Below, in pieces: positions 45,807 to 56,133 of a stretch of 64,000 nt of DNA. Position numbers and translations under genes: made by a program. The stretch's first letter is position 1. Each line of letters starts with the position of its first letter. The stretch comes from a virus. The notes under the pieces are model-generated. The model was given only the letters and a program-made list of their open reading frames with translations, was not told where the DNA came from and did not search any database. Location of the stretch: positions 32,001 through 96,000 of the IMG/VR virus record IMGVR_UViG_3300012953_000013. One strand, given 5' to 3'.

Positions 45807-48519
45807 CTTGAATGCCCGCCAATTTTCTCCAACGCGCCATGGCGTCATAGTCATTAGATTCAGTTAAAACGTATTTATCTTCTTCAAAAAATCCGTAATC
45901 AAAATTTTCAGCGAAAACTTCCATACCAGCAGCCATGTTAATAGCTTTCCTCAGCTTTCTACGCGCTCTAGTTGCTTTTTGGCCCTGGCTTACGATATCG
46001 GGATGTTTCTTTAGAATCGCCGCTAACTTATTTTTATCTATTGGAATCTTTCCGAGAGTGCCTGCAGCTTTTTTAGCTTCATCATCAAGCTTCTTTTGCT
46101 CTTCATCAGTAATGCCTGCGGGATCCTCAATGTCCAATTCAGCGTTTGGATCAACTGCTTCTTCTTCTCCAGAAAGAGCCGTTTTTAAAGCTTCTAAATC
46201 TGGCTCAGGAACACCAGATACTTCGACTCCAAGCTCTTTAAAAGATGGAATAGCCTTTGCAAAGACTGCATATAATAAATCAGTTGAGATATCTCCTGCG
46301 TGCTTGTCAATAGTTTTTTGTACATCAACCCAAGAATACTGTCCCTCAAAAAGTAAACCAGAGAGACTTTTTCTAAAGTAATTTTCTTCAAGCTGGAAAT
46401 CATCTCCAAAAAGCTCTTGGGAAACTTTTGCTAACACTGTAGGTACTTCTTTATCTTGGCCATCCGCTCCTATTAAATCAAGAAGCTCCTCGTCATTACC
46501 ATATACATCATCAATGGCAGATGCAATCTTACCACTAAACTCAGAAGTCTTTATGGAATTTGTAGCGCTTTCTTCTTCGCCGCCTTCTTCTTCCTCTTCT
46601 TCTGGTTGTTCATCGCCGCCAATTTTGTACTTAGCATATTCTTCGCTTTTTTCTGCAGCTTTATTGACTAGGTCCACAAACTCTGGAACATCTGCCAATT
46701 TGGGTGCTCCATCTCCTTTTTGATCAGTGTATGTGTTATTAAAGTCAACATCCATATCTTTAAGATCGTCTTGTTCATAACCAGCTCTATCAGAAGCACC
46801 TAAAAGAACTTCAAAGGTATCTAAAGACGGGGGACCACCATAGAAATATTTTCCGTCTAACCAGAATCCAAGCTGTGATCGCCTTTTAGCAGTGGCATCT
46901 AAGTCATCCCATTTCGGAAGAGCTTCTTCGATTTCTAAATCAATAGCTTGGTCTGAAAAAACTTGGTTGATTTTTTGAACTAATCCACTTGTGTCGACGT
47001 CTTTAAAAACTTCTTCATTTTCTTCCATCGCTGCGCCGACGATTGCTTGATAGTCTTCAGCCGAAACAGATGCTTCTGTTAAAGCTCCTAAATTCTTGTA
47101 TCGTAAACTTTCTTCAATCGTTATATTCAGATTCTTGAAAATGTCGGAATCTAACAATTTACTTACTATTATACTGCCTGCTTCTCCAGAAATCTCTTTT
47201 GCCTTAGCCAGTATTTCTTTTTTAGATAAAACTTGAGATACATCTTCTGGATCTAATTCTTCAGCACCTTCAGCTTCATCTTCTAGATCTTCAATAGCTT
47301 CATCAGTTTCACCCGTAGGGGGCTTAATTGGGTTGCCTGATTTATCAACTACCTCAATGCCTTGGTCTACTAATGCTTGAGCAAAGGGGGCTATCAGTGG
47401 CTCTATGGCGTCAGCGCCTAATCCCTTAAGTGGCCCGGGTGCATGTTTTCCAAAAACACCTACAAGGTCTGGCCATTTTACTTGCTCTAAAAGTAAAAAA
47501 GATAGAGAAGATCTATAAGACTCAGACAGGCCGGCAATCTTTTTAAAGTCCGGATCTTTAGAAACAGCGGCCATCCACTGCTGACCGAGCTTTAAAAGTC
47601 CTGCATCAGCACCATCAGATTTAAGCTTATCGAGCCACGCCTGTCCAGCTTTTCCAATTTCATCAGCTGTTAAATTGGTATCTGCCTCTTCTTCAGTTCC
47701 GCCTGTTGAATCTTCGTTATTAGCATTAGACATTGCGTCATCTACAGCACCATCGTCTGGTGTGGGTACCGAATTAAGCGCTTCTACCAAGCTTGCCAAC
47801 TCGGGAAGAGTTAACTCCATAATTTCTGGCATGACGTTTTCAAGAGGAAATTCTGATAAAGTGACCCCAGGAATCTTGGCAGCTTTTCCGCCAAGCTTCT
47901 TCATTAGGCCTTGAGAGTCTTTAAGTTCCTCATTTCCCATAGATTTGTCAAAAGCTTTTTTAATTCCGGAAGCAATGTCTTCTTTAGTAAGTCCAGTCTC
48001 AGCAGGAACATCAACCAATTTTATTTCGTCAGCTAACTTTCCCTCTAAGTTTCTTTGAACCAGTGCAGTGGCCTCTCCTAGTGCTTTAAGTCCGCCAGCA
48101 GCTTGCGTATCTATTAATGCAACAGCAGCAACTCCATTTGCCACTGTAAAACCTTTCCCAAAAACGCTCTTAACCCAGTCTTTAGCGCCCTTAGGCTTAT
48201 TCAAATCCAGCTTCATCACAAATTTTTCTGCAGCTTGGATATTTCTACCTTGGGCTTGGTACCACGCAGCGGCAGATGGAAGCTTAGTACTTAAAGCCTC
48301 TACTTTCAAAATATTAACTAAATACTCTTTGAGTTTTGTTGTGGATGTTCTAAGAGCTTCTACATCGGGCTGGTCTAAATCACCTTCGGTGATAAGATAC
48401 AATAAATTTCCCTCTAAGAGAGCTTCATCTTCCGACAAAGATTTTCTCAATATCTCTCTTAAGAACTCTTGATTTTGCGGATAAAAACTGTTAAAAGATT
48501 CTGACATTTTCGTTCCCAT
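45799..48519 (-). CDS. 906-aa acidic hypothetical protein (probable internal head protein)
   Basis: Repeated ES.R..L..LL.E linkers; ends RWRKLAGI. Confidence 0.75.
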   Translation of the reverse strand: MGTKMSESFNSFYPQNQEFLREILRKSLSEDEALLEGNLLYLITEGDLDQPDVEALRTSTTKLKEYLVNILKVEALSTKLPSAAAWYQAQGRNIQAAEKFVMKLDLNKPKGAKDWVKSVFGKGFTVANGVAAVALIDTQAAGGLKALGEATALVQRNLEGKLADEIKLVDVPAETGLTKEDIASGIKKAFDKSMGNEELKDSQGLMKKLGGKAAKIPGVTLSEFPLENVMPEIMELTLPELASLVEALNSVPTPDDGAVDDAMSNANNEDSTGGTEEEADTNLTADEIGKAGQAWLDKLKSDGADAGLLKLGQQWMAAVSKDPDFKKIAGLSESYRSSLSFLLLEQVKWPDLVGVFGKHAPGPLKGLGADAIEPLIAPFAQALVDQGIEVVDKSGNPIKPPTGETDEAIEDLEDEAEGAEELDPEDVSQVLSKKEILAKAKEISGEAGSIIVSKLLDSDIFKNLNITIEESLRYKNLGALTEASVSAEDYQAIVGAAMEENEEVFKDVDTSGLVQKINQVFSDQAIDLEIEEALPKWDDLDATAKRRSQLGFWLDGKYFYGGPPSLDTFEVLLGASDRAGYEQDDLKDMDVDFNNTYTDQKGDGAPKLADVPEFVDLVNKAAEKSEEYAKYKIGGDEQPEEEEEEGGEEESATNSIKTSEFSGKIASAIDDVYGNDEELLDLIGADGQDKEVPTVLAKVSQELFGDDFQLEENYFRKSLSGLLFEGQYSWVDVQKTIDKHAGDISTDLLYAVFAKAIPSFKELGVEVSGVPEPDLEALKTALSGEEEAVDPNAELDIEDPAGITDEEQKKLDDEAKKAAGTLGKIPIDKNKLAAILKKHPDIVSQGQKATRARRKLRKAINMAAGMEVFAENFDYGFFEEDKYVLTESNDYDAMARWRKLAGIQDD

Positions 48520-48625
48520 TTAAATTCTAATTATTAACTATTACGTCAGACGTTAAAAGGTAACCACCTTTATTTCATGATTGACAGCTTGAAATCTATA
48601 AAATTTCAGTAATCAGTTAATATAA

Positions 48626-49183
48626 TCAGCTTTTAAGAGCGTTCCAAAGCTCCCACTCCAAACCAATCTCTTTCAAGTGATTCTTTATTTTCTTTTCTCT
48701 AGAAGACCAATCATTTCCCTTTAATTTTCTCGAATGCCACTCTATAAACAATTTATCTACTCTGTTTATTACGCCAGTCTCTATCAAATCTTCTAATACG
48801 ACATACTCAGCGCCCTCAATATCCAGTTTAAGATATATTAAGTCGTTTTCTTCTGTGTTGCTTGAAATAAAAGTAGACAATCTCACGGTCTCTACTTTAG
48901 AAGGATTTTTTCTATCTAGCTTTCCAGAATTTTTCTCAGCAATCAAAGTAGAGCCGCCAGAGCCCTTTCTTTTGTCTACCAAAAAATCCATTGTGCCGTC
49001 TTCATTCCAGACCGCTTTATTAATTAGTTCGTGATTTTTAAACCCTTCATACTTATTATTCCAAGCACTACGAGGTTCAAATGTTATTATACGAAAAGAT
49101 TTATCTTTGTCGTGATTTTTCCTAAAGTGTCTCACTGAACACCCGTTATTTCCACCTGCATCTATAAAAAATTTTCTCGACAT
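48626..49183 (-). CDS. FkbM-family SAM methyltransferase
   Basis: IDAGGNNG; FEP; AVWNEDG; LKLDIEGAEY; IEWH. Confidence 0.85.
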   Translation of the reverse strand: MSRKFFIDAGGNNGCSVRHFRKNHDKDKSFRIITFEPRSAWNNKYEGFKNHELINKAVWNEDGTMDFLVDKRKGSGGSTLIAEKNSGKLDRKNPSKVETVRLSTFISSNTEENDLIYLKLDIEGAEYVVLEDLIETGVINRVDKLFIEWHSRKLKGNDWSSREKKIKNHLKEIGLEWELWNALKS

Positions 49184-49587
49184 TAAAAAGCCCTGACTTT
49201 AATTCCAGATTTTTTTAGTATATCTACGCCAGACATATCTCTATAAGCTTCTTTATAGATAACTTCATCAATCCCTGAATTAACTATTGCTTTCGCGCAC
49301 ATTCTACACGGAGATAGTGTTAAATAAAGCTTTTTCTTCTTGGGATTATTATAATCTAGTTTTATTAAAGCGTTAATCTCAGCATGGAGCATTCCAGAAT
49401 TCCCAGGAACTTGTGATTCTACTTCATTGGGTCCGCCTGCATAGTTTCCATTGTATCCAATCGCTAAAACTTGGCAATTATCTTCAGTTACGATCACCGA
49501 TCCGACTTGAAATCTAGGGTCGTAAGACCTTTTAGCAATAGCGTGACAAAAGTCCATCCATATCTCATCCCAATTTGGTCGACTCAT
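49183..49587 (-). CDS. dCMP deaminase (ComEB-like)
   Basis: VGSVIV, GYNG, HAEINA, SPCRMC. Confidence 0.9.
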   Translation of the reverse strand: MSRPNWDEIWMDFCHAIAKRSYDPRFQVGSVIVTEDNCQVLAIGYNGNYAGGPNEVESQVPGNSGMLHAEINALIKLDYNNPKKKKLYLTLSPCRMCAKAIVNSGIDEVIYKEAYRDMSGVDILKKSGIKVRAF

Positions 49588-49591
49588 TTTA

Positions 49592-50317
49592 TTAATCTCC
49601 TAAGTTCTCAAACTCGTAAGGGTACATTTTTAAAAATTTCAAATACTGCTGTTGAACCTTTTCTTTTTTTCGTTGGCCAGATTCTCCCATATAGTAAGTT
49701 GAATAGTGGCGACGATCTTTTCTAGTTTTTACCCATATTCCCCATTTTTTTAATTCTACGCGAGGGGCTTTAAGAATATACAATAACTCATTGAAGTCTT
49801 CTTCTAGATTCTCAAACCTTAAAGTATGATCTATACAGGGCTTACCATCTAGCAAATAATATTTCTGCCATGGCAAAAACCGGTCTTTAGTCTGAAAAGA
49901 ATTGTTGACGTGCTTTGGATCTTTATCGACAAGATTTTGCTTTTTGTTGCTCCACCAAAAAGAAGATACTTCTGCATCCCATGGATTTCTAATTACGGCA
50001 ACTTTCAGATAATCTTTCCAAACAGAGTTGCCCCATTTTTTCTTGAATCTCGTTTGCTTTAAGATATTTTGCACTTGCCTTGGTGACCAATGTTTACCGT
50101 AACGCTTTGCAAGAGCAAATGCATCTTCGTCAAAAGACTCTTTTTTTAAAGTTTCATAGTAACTTACATTGTCATAAATACTTTCAATATCTTTTTTATT
50201 CCTAAAACACCAGATGTCAGACCCAGCGCAAATCTCAGCTAAAGAAACTTGAACGCTAGTAGAACCTGTTTTTTGAGGATTAAAAAATATAAACTTGTAT
50301 TTGTGATTTACTATCAA
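49592..50317 (-). CDS. Sulfotransferase family 2 protein
   Basis: FIFF..QKTGSTS (5'-PSB), VIRNPWD..VS (3'-PB), RFENLEEDF. Confidence 0.82.
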   Translation of the reverse strand: MIVNHKYKFIFFNPQKTGSTSVQVSLAEICAGSDIWCFRNKKDIESIYDNVSYYETLKKESFDEDAFALAKRYGKHWSPRQVQNILKQTRFKKKWGNSVWKDYLKVAVIRNPWDAEVSSFWWSNKKQNLVDKDPKHVNNSFQTKDRFLPWQKYYLLDGKPCIDHTLRFENLEEDFNELLYILKAPRVELKKWGIWVKTRKDRRHYSTYYMGESGQRKKEKVQQQYLKFLKMYPYEFENLGD

Positions 50318-51213
50318 CCCTTATCTACCTTCGGTTTAGAAGTCTTTGCTGCGCGGCGTTTTCGTGCAGTTTTTGGCTTGTCGAATAGGTCTTCCACATG
50401 CTGTCCTACTGGTAACTGGAATCCTGCAGCTTTTTTATGACCACCTCCGCCAAACCTCTTTGCTATTTCTGAAACATCAACAGTTTCGTGAAATGCCCTA
50501 AGACTTACTTTGGTTTCTCTTGCTTCATGGTCCCAATACCAAATCATTGCAAAATCTCAGTCTGGGCTTAACCTGGAGCCAATCTCTGACATCCAATGAG
50601 AGGCGTTTACAACCATAACATGCTTATCGTCCATTTTTCTATGAGAAGCTTTTTCGCATACTTTTTTAATAACTGTTTTTGAATATGCTAAAACATATGA
50701 TCCACGCTTTACTGCATCATCGAAAACTGAATCATCTTCAAATTTCTCAAACTCTTCAAACTCAAAAGGTACCATGTCAAACGCAGCAGCAAATTCTTTT
50801 GAATATGGAAGTTCCCACTTCCATAAATCTCTGTCCTCAATATAATTGATAAACTTTGGCGGCTCTTTTCCTGGGTGAAAAAAGTCCCACGCTAATCTAG
50901 CGCCTGAGTGCTTCATATCGAATATAGTGTTGCTGATATCGTGAAGTTCTACCACTGCAGATTTATGGTGGTCTATTACAATAAGCGCAGCAGCTTCCTC
51001 TATCATTTGTTTTGTTGTAGCGTTATCAAAAGAAAAATCTAAAATTGCTACATGCTTCCCTTTAATATCAGGGGGAGAGTCTCCATGCTTACAAGCATGA
51101 TACTCGGCTCTATTGCCAAGTAATTTCCATGCAGAATAAGCTGCACCGAATCCGTCAGTACAGTTAGCATGGTAAATTACGCAATCAATAAGTGATGGTT
51201 CTACTATAGGCAT
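50314..51213 (-). pseudogene. DHH/DHHA1 phosphoesterase interrupted by a single in-frame TGA at 50557-50559
   Basis: HANCTDG, LDF, IDHH and EDRD in the 5' part; ...RLSPD-TGA-DFAMIWY...SLR...GGGGHKKAAG continues in the same frame. Confidence 0.75.
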
Positions 51214-51229
51214 TTTCTATCCATTGATT

Positions 51230-51637
51230 CTAGGTTTCAGTTTTTCGTCCATAGTCGTCAAACAACATTACACTTCCAGTATTAGAAGAACTTCCAATTT
51301 CAAAGACTTCGGAATCTTCTAATGCTGTAAGTCTATATGGACAACCAGACTGTATACAAAAAGAATCACCCTCTTTTAGATTAGTGCTATTAAAATCAGA
51401 TGGATACTTTTTGTGGGTAGAATTTTCATCTCCCCATAAAACTCTAACTCTACCGCGCCTAACTAAAAGAACTTCATCTTTTTGAAGATAATATTTCAGA
51501 CTAGTAGATTGGCCCTTGTTTAAGAGTAATACTTTTCCACAAACGCCTCTAAGAGATGCCCAAGAGATTTCATAACCCCAGGGTTTTTCTTCTTTAGAGT
51601 TTCTACCTCGCCAACAAGTTTTTGCTTCGTCGTTCAT
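51230..51637 (-). CDS. Cupin protein (mannose-6-phosphate isomerase type II-like)
   Basis: EEKPWGYE...K.L.L..GQSTSL.Y...KDE. Confidence 0.75.
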   Translation of the reverse strand: MNDEAKTCWRGRNSKEEKPWGYEISWASLRGVCGKVLLLNKGQSTSLKYYLQKDEVLLVRRGRVRVLWGDENSTHKKYPSDFNSTNLKEGDSFCIQSGCPYRLTALEDSEVFEIGSSSNTGSVMLFDDYGRKTET

Positions 51638-51687
51638 AATACCGTCCCTTAATTATTTTATCAAAAATGTTAATTTTGTTTCGAATA

Positions 51688-52251
51688 TTAAGGGTTAAAG
51701 TGTAAAAAACACTTCGGCTGATACATTTCTGACCCACCGACTTCAATTTGATGGTCTGAACGACCTCCGATTTTTTTTGTATAGTGTGCATCTAATCCGC
51801 AGGTTGAACATACTGCAGGGCAAACTTCTATTTTGGTTGCATAGGGCATCATTTCTTGCATTTCTTTATAAGGAGTAAAATCAGAAGAAAGCTGCAGAGA
51901 AGAAGCTAAGATAGTATGACCCTCTTTGAACAAAGAAACCAGAACTTCTCCCACTCCATCTATCATAAAAGCTTCGTCGACAGCAATTACAAAAGTTTCG
52001 TCTTCTTCTTGCCAAGCTGTGGCTTCTCTCAAATACCTTAGCAGCTCTTTGCCATCACCAATCCTTTTGGCAGATAGTTTGCCGCCCCAATGAGTGACAA
52101 TTTCTTCTTTAGAATAACGCTCATCAACATTTGGTTTAAATGCCAATATATTTCTACCTTGGTATGTGTACCTGTCTATAGCGCTTAAAAGCTTTGTAGT
52201 TTTCCCTCCAAACATTGGACCCACAAATAGCGTAAATTCATTATTCATCAA
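51688..52251 (-). CDS. tdk: Thymidine kinase
   Basis: GPMFGGKTT P-loop, IAVDEA, CSTC...C..H zinc site, YQPKC. Confidence 0.92.
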   Translation of the reverse strand: MMNNEFTLFVGPMFGGKTTKLLSAIDRYTYQGRNILAFKPNVDERYSKEEIVTHWGGKLSAKRIGDGKELLRYLREATAWQEEDETFVIAVDEAFMIDGVGEVLVSLFKEGHTILASSLQLSSDFTPYKEMQEMMPYATKIEVCPAVCSTCGLDAHYTKKIGGRSDHQIEVGGSEMYQPKCFLHFNP

Positions 52252-53233
52252 ACCCCCACCAAGAAAAAGTCTTTTCCAGACCGCTTATTAAACTATATTT
52301 TGGGAAGAACCCTAATTCTCTCTCTGCTTTTTTAGTACATGCTAAAGTGTGTTTTACGTCTCCAGGGCGAACTGGAGCATTTACAATCTCAACGCCAGGA
52401 AACTTTTCTTTAAAAATATCTAAAATATCATTATTTGAATAAGATTTTCCTGTACCTATATTAATTCTATCACCACAGAAATTTTGTTCACGAATAGCTG
52501 CTAAAATATTTGCCTCAGCAACATCTTCTACAAAAACCATATCTCTAGTTTGAGTGCCATCGCCATCACTTCTTAATGGCAAACCCTTTTTAACTTTATC
52601 GCACCAAGAAACAACAGCAGTCGAGTAAGGAGAATCACCGTATTGGTTAGGACCAAATACGTTAAAATATCTTAGACAAGCAATATCTAAATCATAGGCC
52701 TTAGAATAAAGCCGAGCCCATTCTTCTACATTTAATTTCTGAAGTGCATAAGGACTATTGGGATTTTTCCCGTGATCTTCTGTTGTGGGGAGAGACCACG
52801 GATCTCCATATACAGAGCAGCTTGAAGAAAATACGATCCTTTTGACATTTCCAATAGAGTGGGTAAACAATTGGATTGTTTTCATAAAATTTTCGTGTGT
52901 AGTTTCTACGGGATTCTGAATGGAGTACTCAACTCGGGGATTTGCAGCGCAGTGAAAAATCACGTCATATCTTTGGTCTACGATTCTTCTTATTACTTCT
53001 TGACTTACAAAATCTCCAACTAAAACTAAAATTTGGTCTGGAAAATTCTTGACTTGTTGTTCAAAAATATGCCCCATTTGAGTCGGTACTGTTCTAAAAG
53101 AGTGATCATCTAAGAAAGCATAATCACCATTCGACATGTCATCTACAATCTCAACTTCCCAGCCGTTATCTACTAATTTTTTTGAAATACATGACCCGAT
53201 AAATCCACAACCACCAGTTACAAGCGCTCGCAT
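52241..53233 (-). CDS. NAD-dependent epimerase/dehydratase (extended SDR)
   Basis: TGGCGFIG, SSCSVYG, YALQK, LRYFNVFGP, RDMVFVEDVA. Confidence 0.92.
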   Translation of the reverse strand: MRALVTGGCGFIGSCISKKLVDNGWEVEIVDDMSNGDYAFLDDHSFRTVPTQMGHIFEQQVKNFPDQILVLVGDFVSQEVIRRIVDQRYDVIFHCAANPRVEYSIQNPVETTHENFMKTIQLFTHSIGNVKRIVFSSSCSVYGDPWSLPTTEDHGKNPNSPYALQKLNVEEWARLYSKAYDLDIACLRYFNVFGPNQYGDSPYSTAVVSWCDKVKKGLPLRSDGDGTQTRDMVFVEDVAEANILAAIREQNFCGDRINIGTGKSYSNNDILDIFKEKFPGVEIVNAPVRPGDVKHTLACTKKAERELGFFPKYSLISGLEKTFSWWGFDE

Positions 53234-54396
53234 AATACAATTTCCTCCTTCAAGTTATTTTGCATTAAAAAACTTTCTTCTGCCAATTCTAAACCGCCAT
53301 TTAAATATTCAACTACTTGAGTTGTCATATCTCGAGCTGTACATGTTGGAACATTTTGCGCTATTACATTCAACTGTTTTCTATCCGCCATTTCAAAATC
53401 ATGGGGTAAACCCATCATATGCAATAACTCTCTTATTGACATTCCTCTATCTTCTTTGGGATGAACAAGATGAGTAAGAGTTCTTCCAACTATTGCGTTT
53501 GTTCTGTTGTAGTAATATCCCGGAGAAGCGTCCATAAATCTTCCGCCAGACTGAACTTTTTTATAAATAGCTCGAAGCCTGCGATGTTCGGCAGTTTCTT
53601 CTATTCCTCTTTTCTCGATCCATTCAATACACTCTTTTAGTAATTCATTTTCAGCTAAATAAGAAAATATTGAATGAATAGAACCTGAGTCGTTATTTTT
53701 AACAAAATGCTCATGAGTTACACCTAGATGCTGTAATACAAAAGCATACGAATCAAAGTTTTCTGAAATTTTTCCTTCGATATTAAATTGATCTTGTAGT
53801 GAAGCTTCAGCTGGGATCTCTTCAATATAATCTGCAAAAGACGGCATTGGGGTATTGAAATAATTCAAGAGTGGCGGATTTGAATCTCTCCAGAAAAAAT
53901 AAAATGTCCTCACCCTTCTTTGCGGGATGCCATGACGCTGAGTATCTGTCTTATAGAGAGAAAAGGTGTATCCATGCTCTCTAGCTAGACCTTTTAATTT
54001 ATCTCGTACGTACGCGCCCGAATTTGTAAAAAGGCCGGGGGCATTCTCGCCCCAAAAAACTCTTGGACGAACCTGACCCAAAACGGTCCTTGCAGATTCA
54101 TACATCCAATAATTCTTTCCCTCTCTTGTATCTTTGCTTCTAGAAGTATTAAGCTGGCTCAGTCCAGCACATGGACAAACCGAATTTATAAAATCTATAT
54201 CACCACCAGGAATTTTGCCACCTTCATCTAAAACAATTCTTGGAACATCTTCCCAGTAATCTGTAAGATATTTTTCATTTGCTCCAAAAGCAGAATAACT
54301 TAAGTGGTATTCTGGTTTTTTATTTGTCGCTTTATAACACCCTATGGCGCTTCCTCCGACCAGAGGAATAATAGTTCCCCACTTTAAGTTATCCAT
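53218..54396 (-). CDS. Divergent C5-cytosine DNA methyltransferase
   Basis: Motif IV CPC, VI ENA, VIII QRRVR, IX R.SIRE, X IAQNV; motif I degenerate (IPLVGG). Confidence 0.75.
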   Translation of the reverse strand: MDNLKWGTIIPLVGGSAIGCYKATNKKPEYHLSYSAFGANEKYLTDYWEDVPRIVLDEGGKIPGGDIDFINSVCPCAGLSQLNTSRSKDTREGKNYWMYESARTVLGQVRPRVFWGENAPGLFTNSGAYVRDKLKGLAREHGYTFSLYKTDTQRHGIPQRRVRTFYFFWRDSNPPLLNYFNTPMPSFADYIEEIPAEASLQDQFNIEGKISENFDSYAFVLQHLGVTHEHFVKNNDSGSIHSIFSYLAENELLKECIEWIEKRGIEETAEHRRLRAIYKKVQSGGRFMDASPGYYYNRTNAIVGRTLTHLVHPKEDRGMSIRELLHMMGLPHDFEMADRKQLNVIAQNVPTCTARDMTTQVVEYLNGGLELAEESFLMQNNLKEEIVLCERL

Positions 54397-54397
54397 A

Positions 54398-55264
54398 TCA
54401 GTCTTCTTCCTTTATTGTATATCCGTATTCTTCAAAATCAACTTTATAATCTACTGCTAACATTTTTTTAATTTTTTCTGAAATGATATTCTCAGTTTTC
54501 ATGTAGCGTATTTTTACAATATTTGAATGAGGGAGAACAGAATCACTCGAAATTATATCTCTATCTTTGAGATCTTTTAATAGATTTTCAAGATCTTCAA
54601 ATTTATAAATTTTTGTTTCAGGAGAAACATACCATCGGCATGGGTTTCTCTGCACACCGCCTCGGCCAAGGTCTGCAGTATTTTTAAAGTAAAATTCTAA
54701 CTGAGCGCCTGGTTCCATATTTCGAAAATCTAAACCGGTTTTTTCATAAAAATTACGGATAGTATATAGAATTTGCGACTCCGCTCTCTGTTTTCCTGGC
54801 AGCTCTATTAGGCTTTCAATATATTTTTTAATTCCAGCATGAGCTTTTTCAACTGGGGCATCTCTAACAGAAACAAATTCGTCTTCATGCGATACTTCTA
54901 AGCCTAATCGATGAAAATGATCCATAAAGTATTTGTCGTCATATGATATTTGCCCCTTTAACATTTTCCACACAGGTTCAACTTCAGTTTCATAATAAAG
55001 GTAGTTAAACCACATATTAAAATGAGAAACAACTCTTGTGTAGGGATGCCTGACAACTGTAAAAGTAAAGCCTGCGTTAACTGCTTCTTTCCAGTCTCTC
55101 CAAACACTATATACTTGGTGTCCTCCACCCACAGGAAAGTAATCTGGTTCTTTTATCCTGGTCCAGCCATTTTCTTCAATTAATTTTCTGACAGACATAC
55201 CTCCACATTTTGGTATGTGGATAAAATGAATGGTCTCACCATTTCTTTCGTAGAGTGGCATCAA
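54398..55264 (-). CDS. Sulfotransferase family 2 protein
   Basis: FIHIPKCGGMS; VRHPYTRVVS. Confidence 0.8.
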   Translation of the reverse strand: MMPLYERNGETIHFIHIPKCGGMSVRKLIEENGWTRIKEPDYFPVGGGHQVYSVWRDWKEAVNAGFTFTVVRHPYTRVVSHFNMWFNYLYYETEVEPVWKMLKGQISYDDKYFMDHFHRLGLEVSHEDEFVSVRDAPVEKAHAGIKKYIESLIELPGKQRAESQILYTIRNFYEKTGLDFRNMEPGAQLEFYFKNTADLGRGGVQRNPCRWYVSPETKIYKFEDLENLLKDLKDRDIISSDSVLPHSNIVKIRYMKTENIISEKIKKMLAVDYKVDFEEYGYTIKEED

Positions 55265-56133
55265 TCACCAACCTTATAATCGAATAACGAATAGTCGTCA
55301 CCATATAAAAACAAAAATACACTTTGAAAGCTTTGTGAAAACTCGCTTAGTGAAAAAGATTCTTTTTTAGATAATGAATATAGCTTTTTATTCTCTACAG
55401 AGAGCCCACGCTTGTACGACTCTTGATTTATTATATTTTTTTCTAAAAGCCTCTCTAATAGATTTTCTTTTTCTTCTAATTTAAAAACTTCAACAGTGGG
55501 ATCTACATAAAGTCTAGAAGGAGTGGGATTACCACCCCCGTGATTTATTTTATGGAACTTATGTTTCAAAAAACTATATAAAAAATTCTCTAGAATAGAT
55601 GATGAATACTTTATGCCTGAAATTTCTTCCCAAGCTGCAGCTAAAACCCTATGTTTATGAATCATATTAGCGTTGCGATCTTCAGATATTAGAGTTGTCA
55701 ATTTCATAAAACTTTTTTGTAGTTCTTCTGGTTTTAAAATAATATCTTTAGGGTAAGAGATACCAAGTTCAGAAAACACTAAATCAATATAATTTAGAAT
55801 AACCCAGTTATATTCGTGCTCTATCCCGTTAATTTGCATCTCCAAAACTTCATATAATCTCTCCATGTAGAGATCACCGTTTGTAGACATCCACATATTG
55901 CAGTGAGATACGATCCTGTCAATCGGGTTTCTAACTAAAGTAAATTTAAATTCGCACTCTTGTATTGCAGGAAAATTTCCCCAACATATTCTCGGTACAT
56001 GCGGAATCCCGCCCACTTCTGCTGGCAAATACTCCCAGTTATTGTCTGTCAAAAGTTTTTTTACAGATGTACCGCCACATTTAGGGATATGAGCAAAAAA
56101 TATTTTTTCATTATCTCTAATAAACGTTGGCAT
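55261..56133 (-). CDS. Sulfotransferase family 2 protein (tandem paralog)
   Basis: FAHIPKCGGTS; VRNPIDRIVS. Confidence 0.8.
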   Translation of the reverse strand: MPTFIRDNEKIFFAHIPKCGGTSVKKLLTDNNWEYLPAEVGGIPHVPRICWGNFPAIQECEFKFTLVRNPIDRIVSHCNMWMSTNGDLYMERLYEVLEMQINGIEHEYNWVILNYIDLVFSELGISYPKDIILKPEELQKSFMKLTTLISEDRNANMIHKHRVLAAAWEEISGIKYSSSILENFLYSFLKHKFHKINHGGGNPTPSRLYVDPTVEVFKLEEKENLLERLLEKNIINQESYKRGLSVENKKLYSLSKKESFSLSEFSQSFQSVFLFLYGDDYSLFDYKVGD

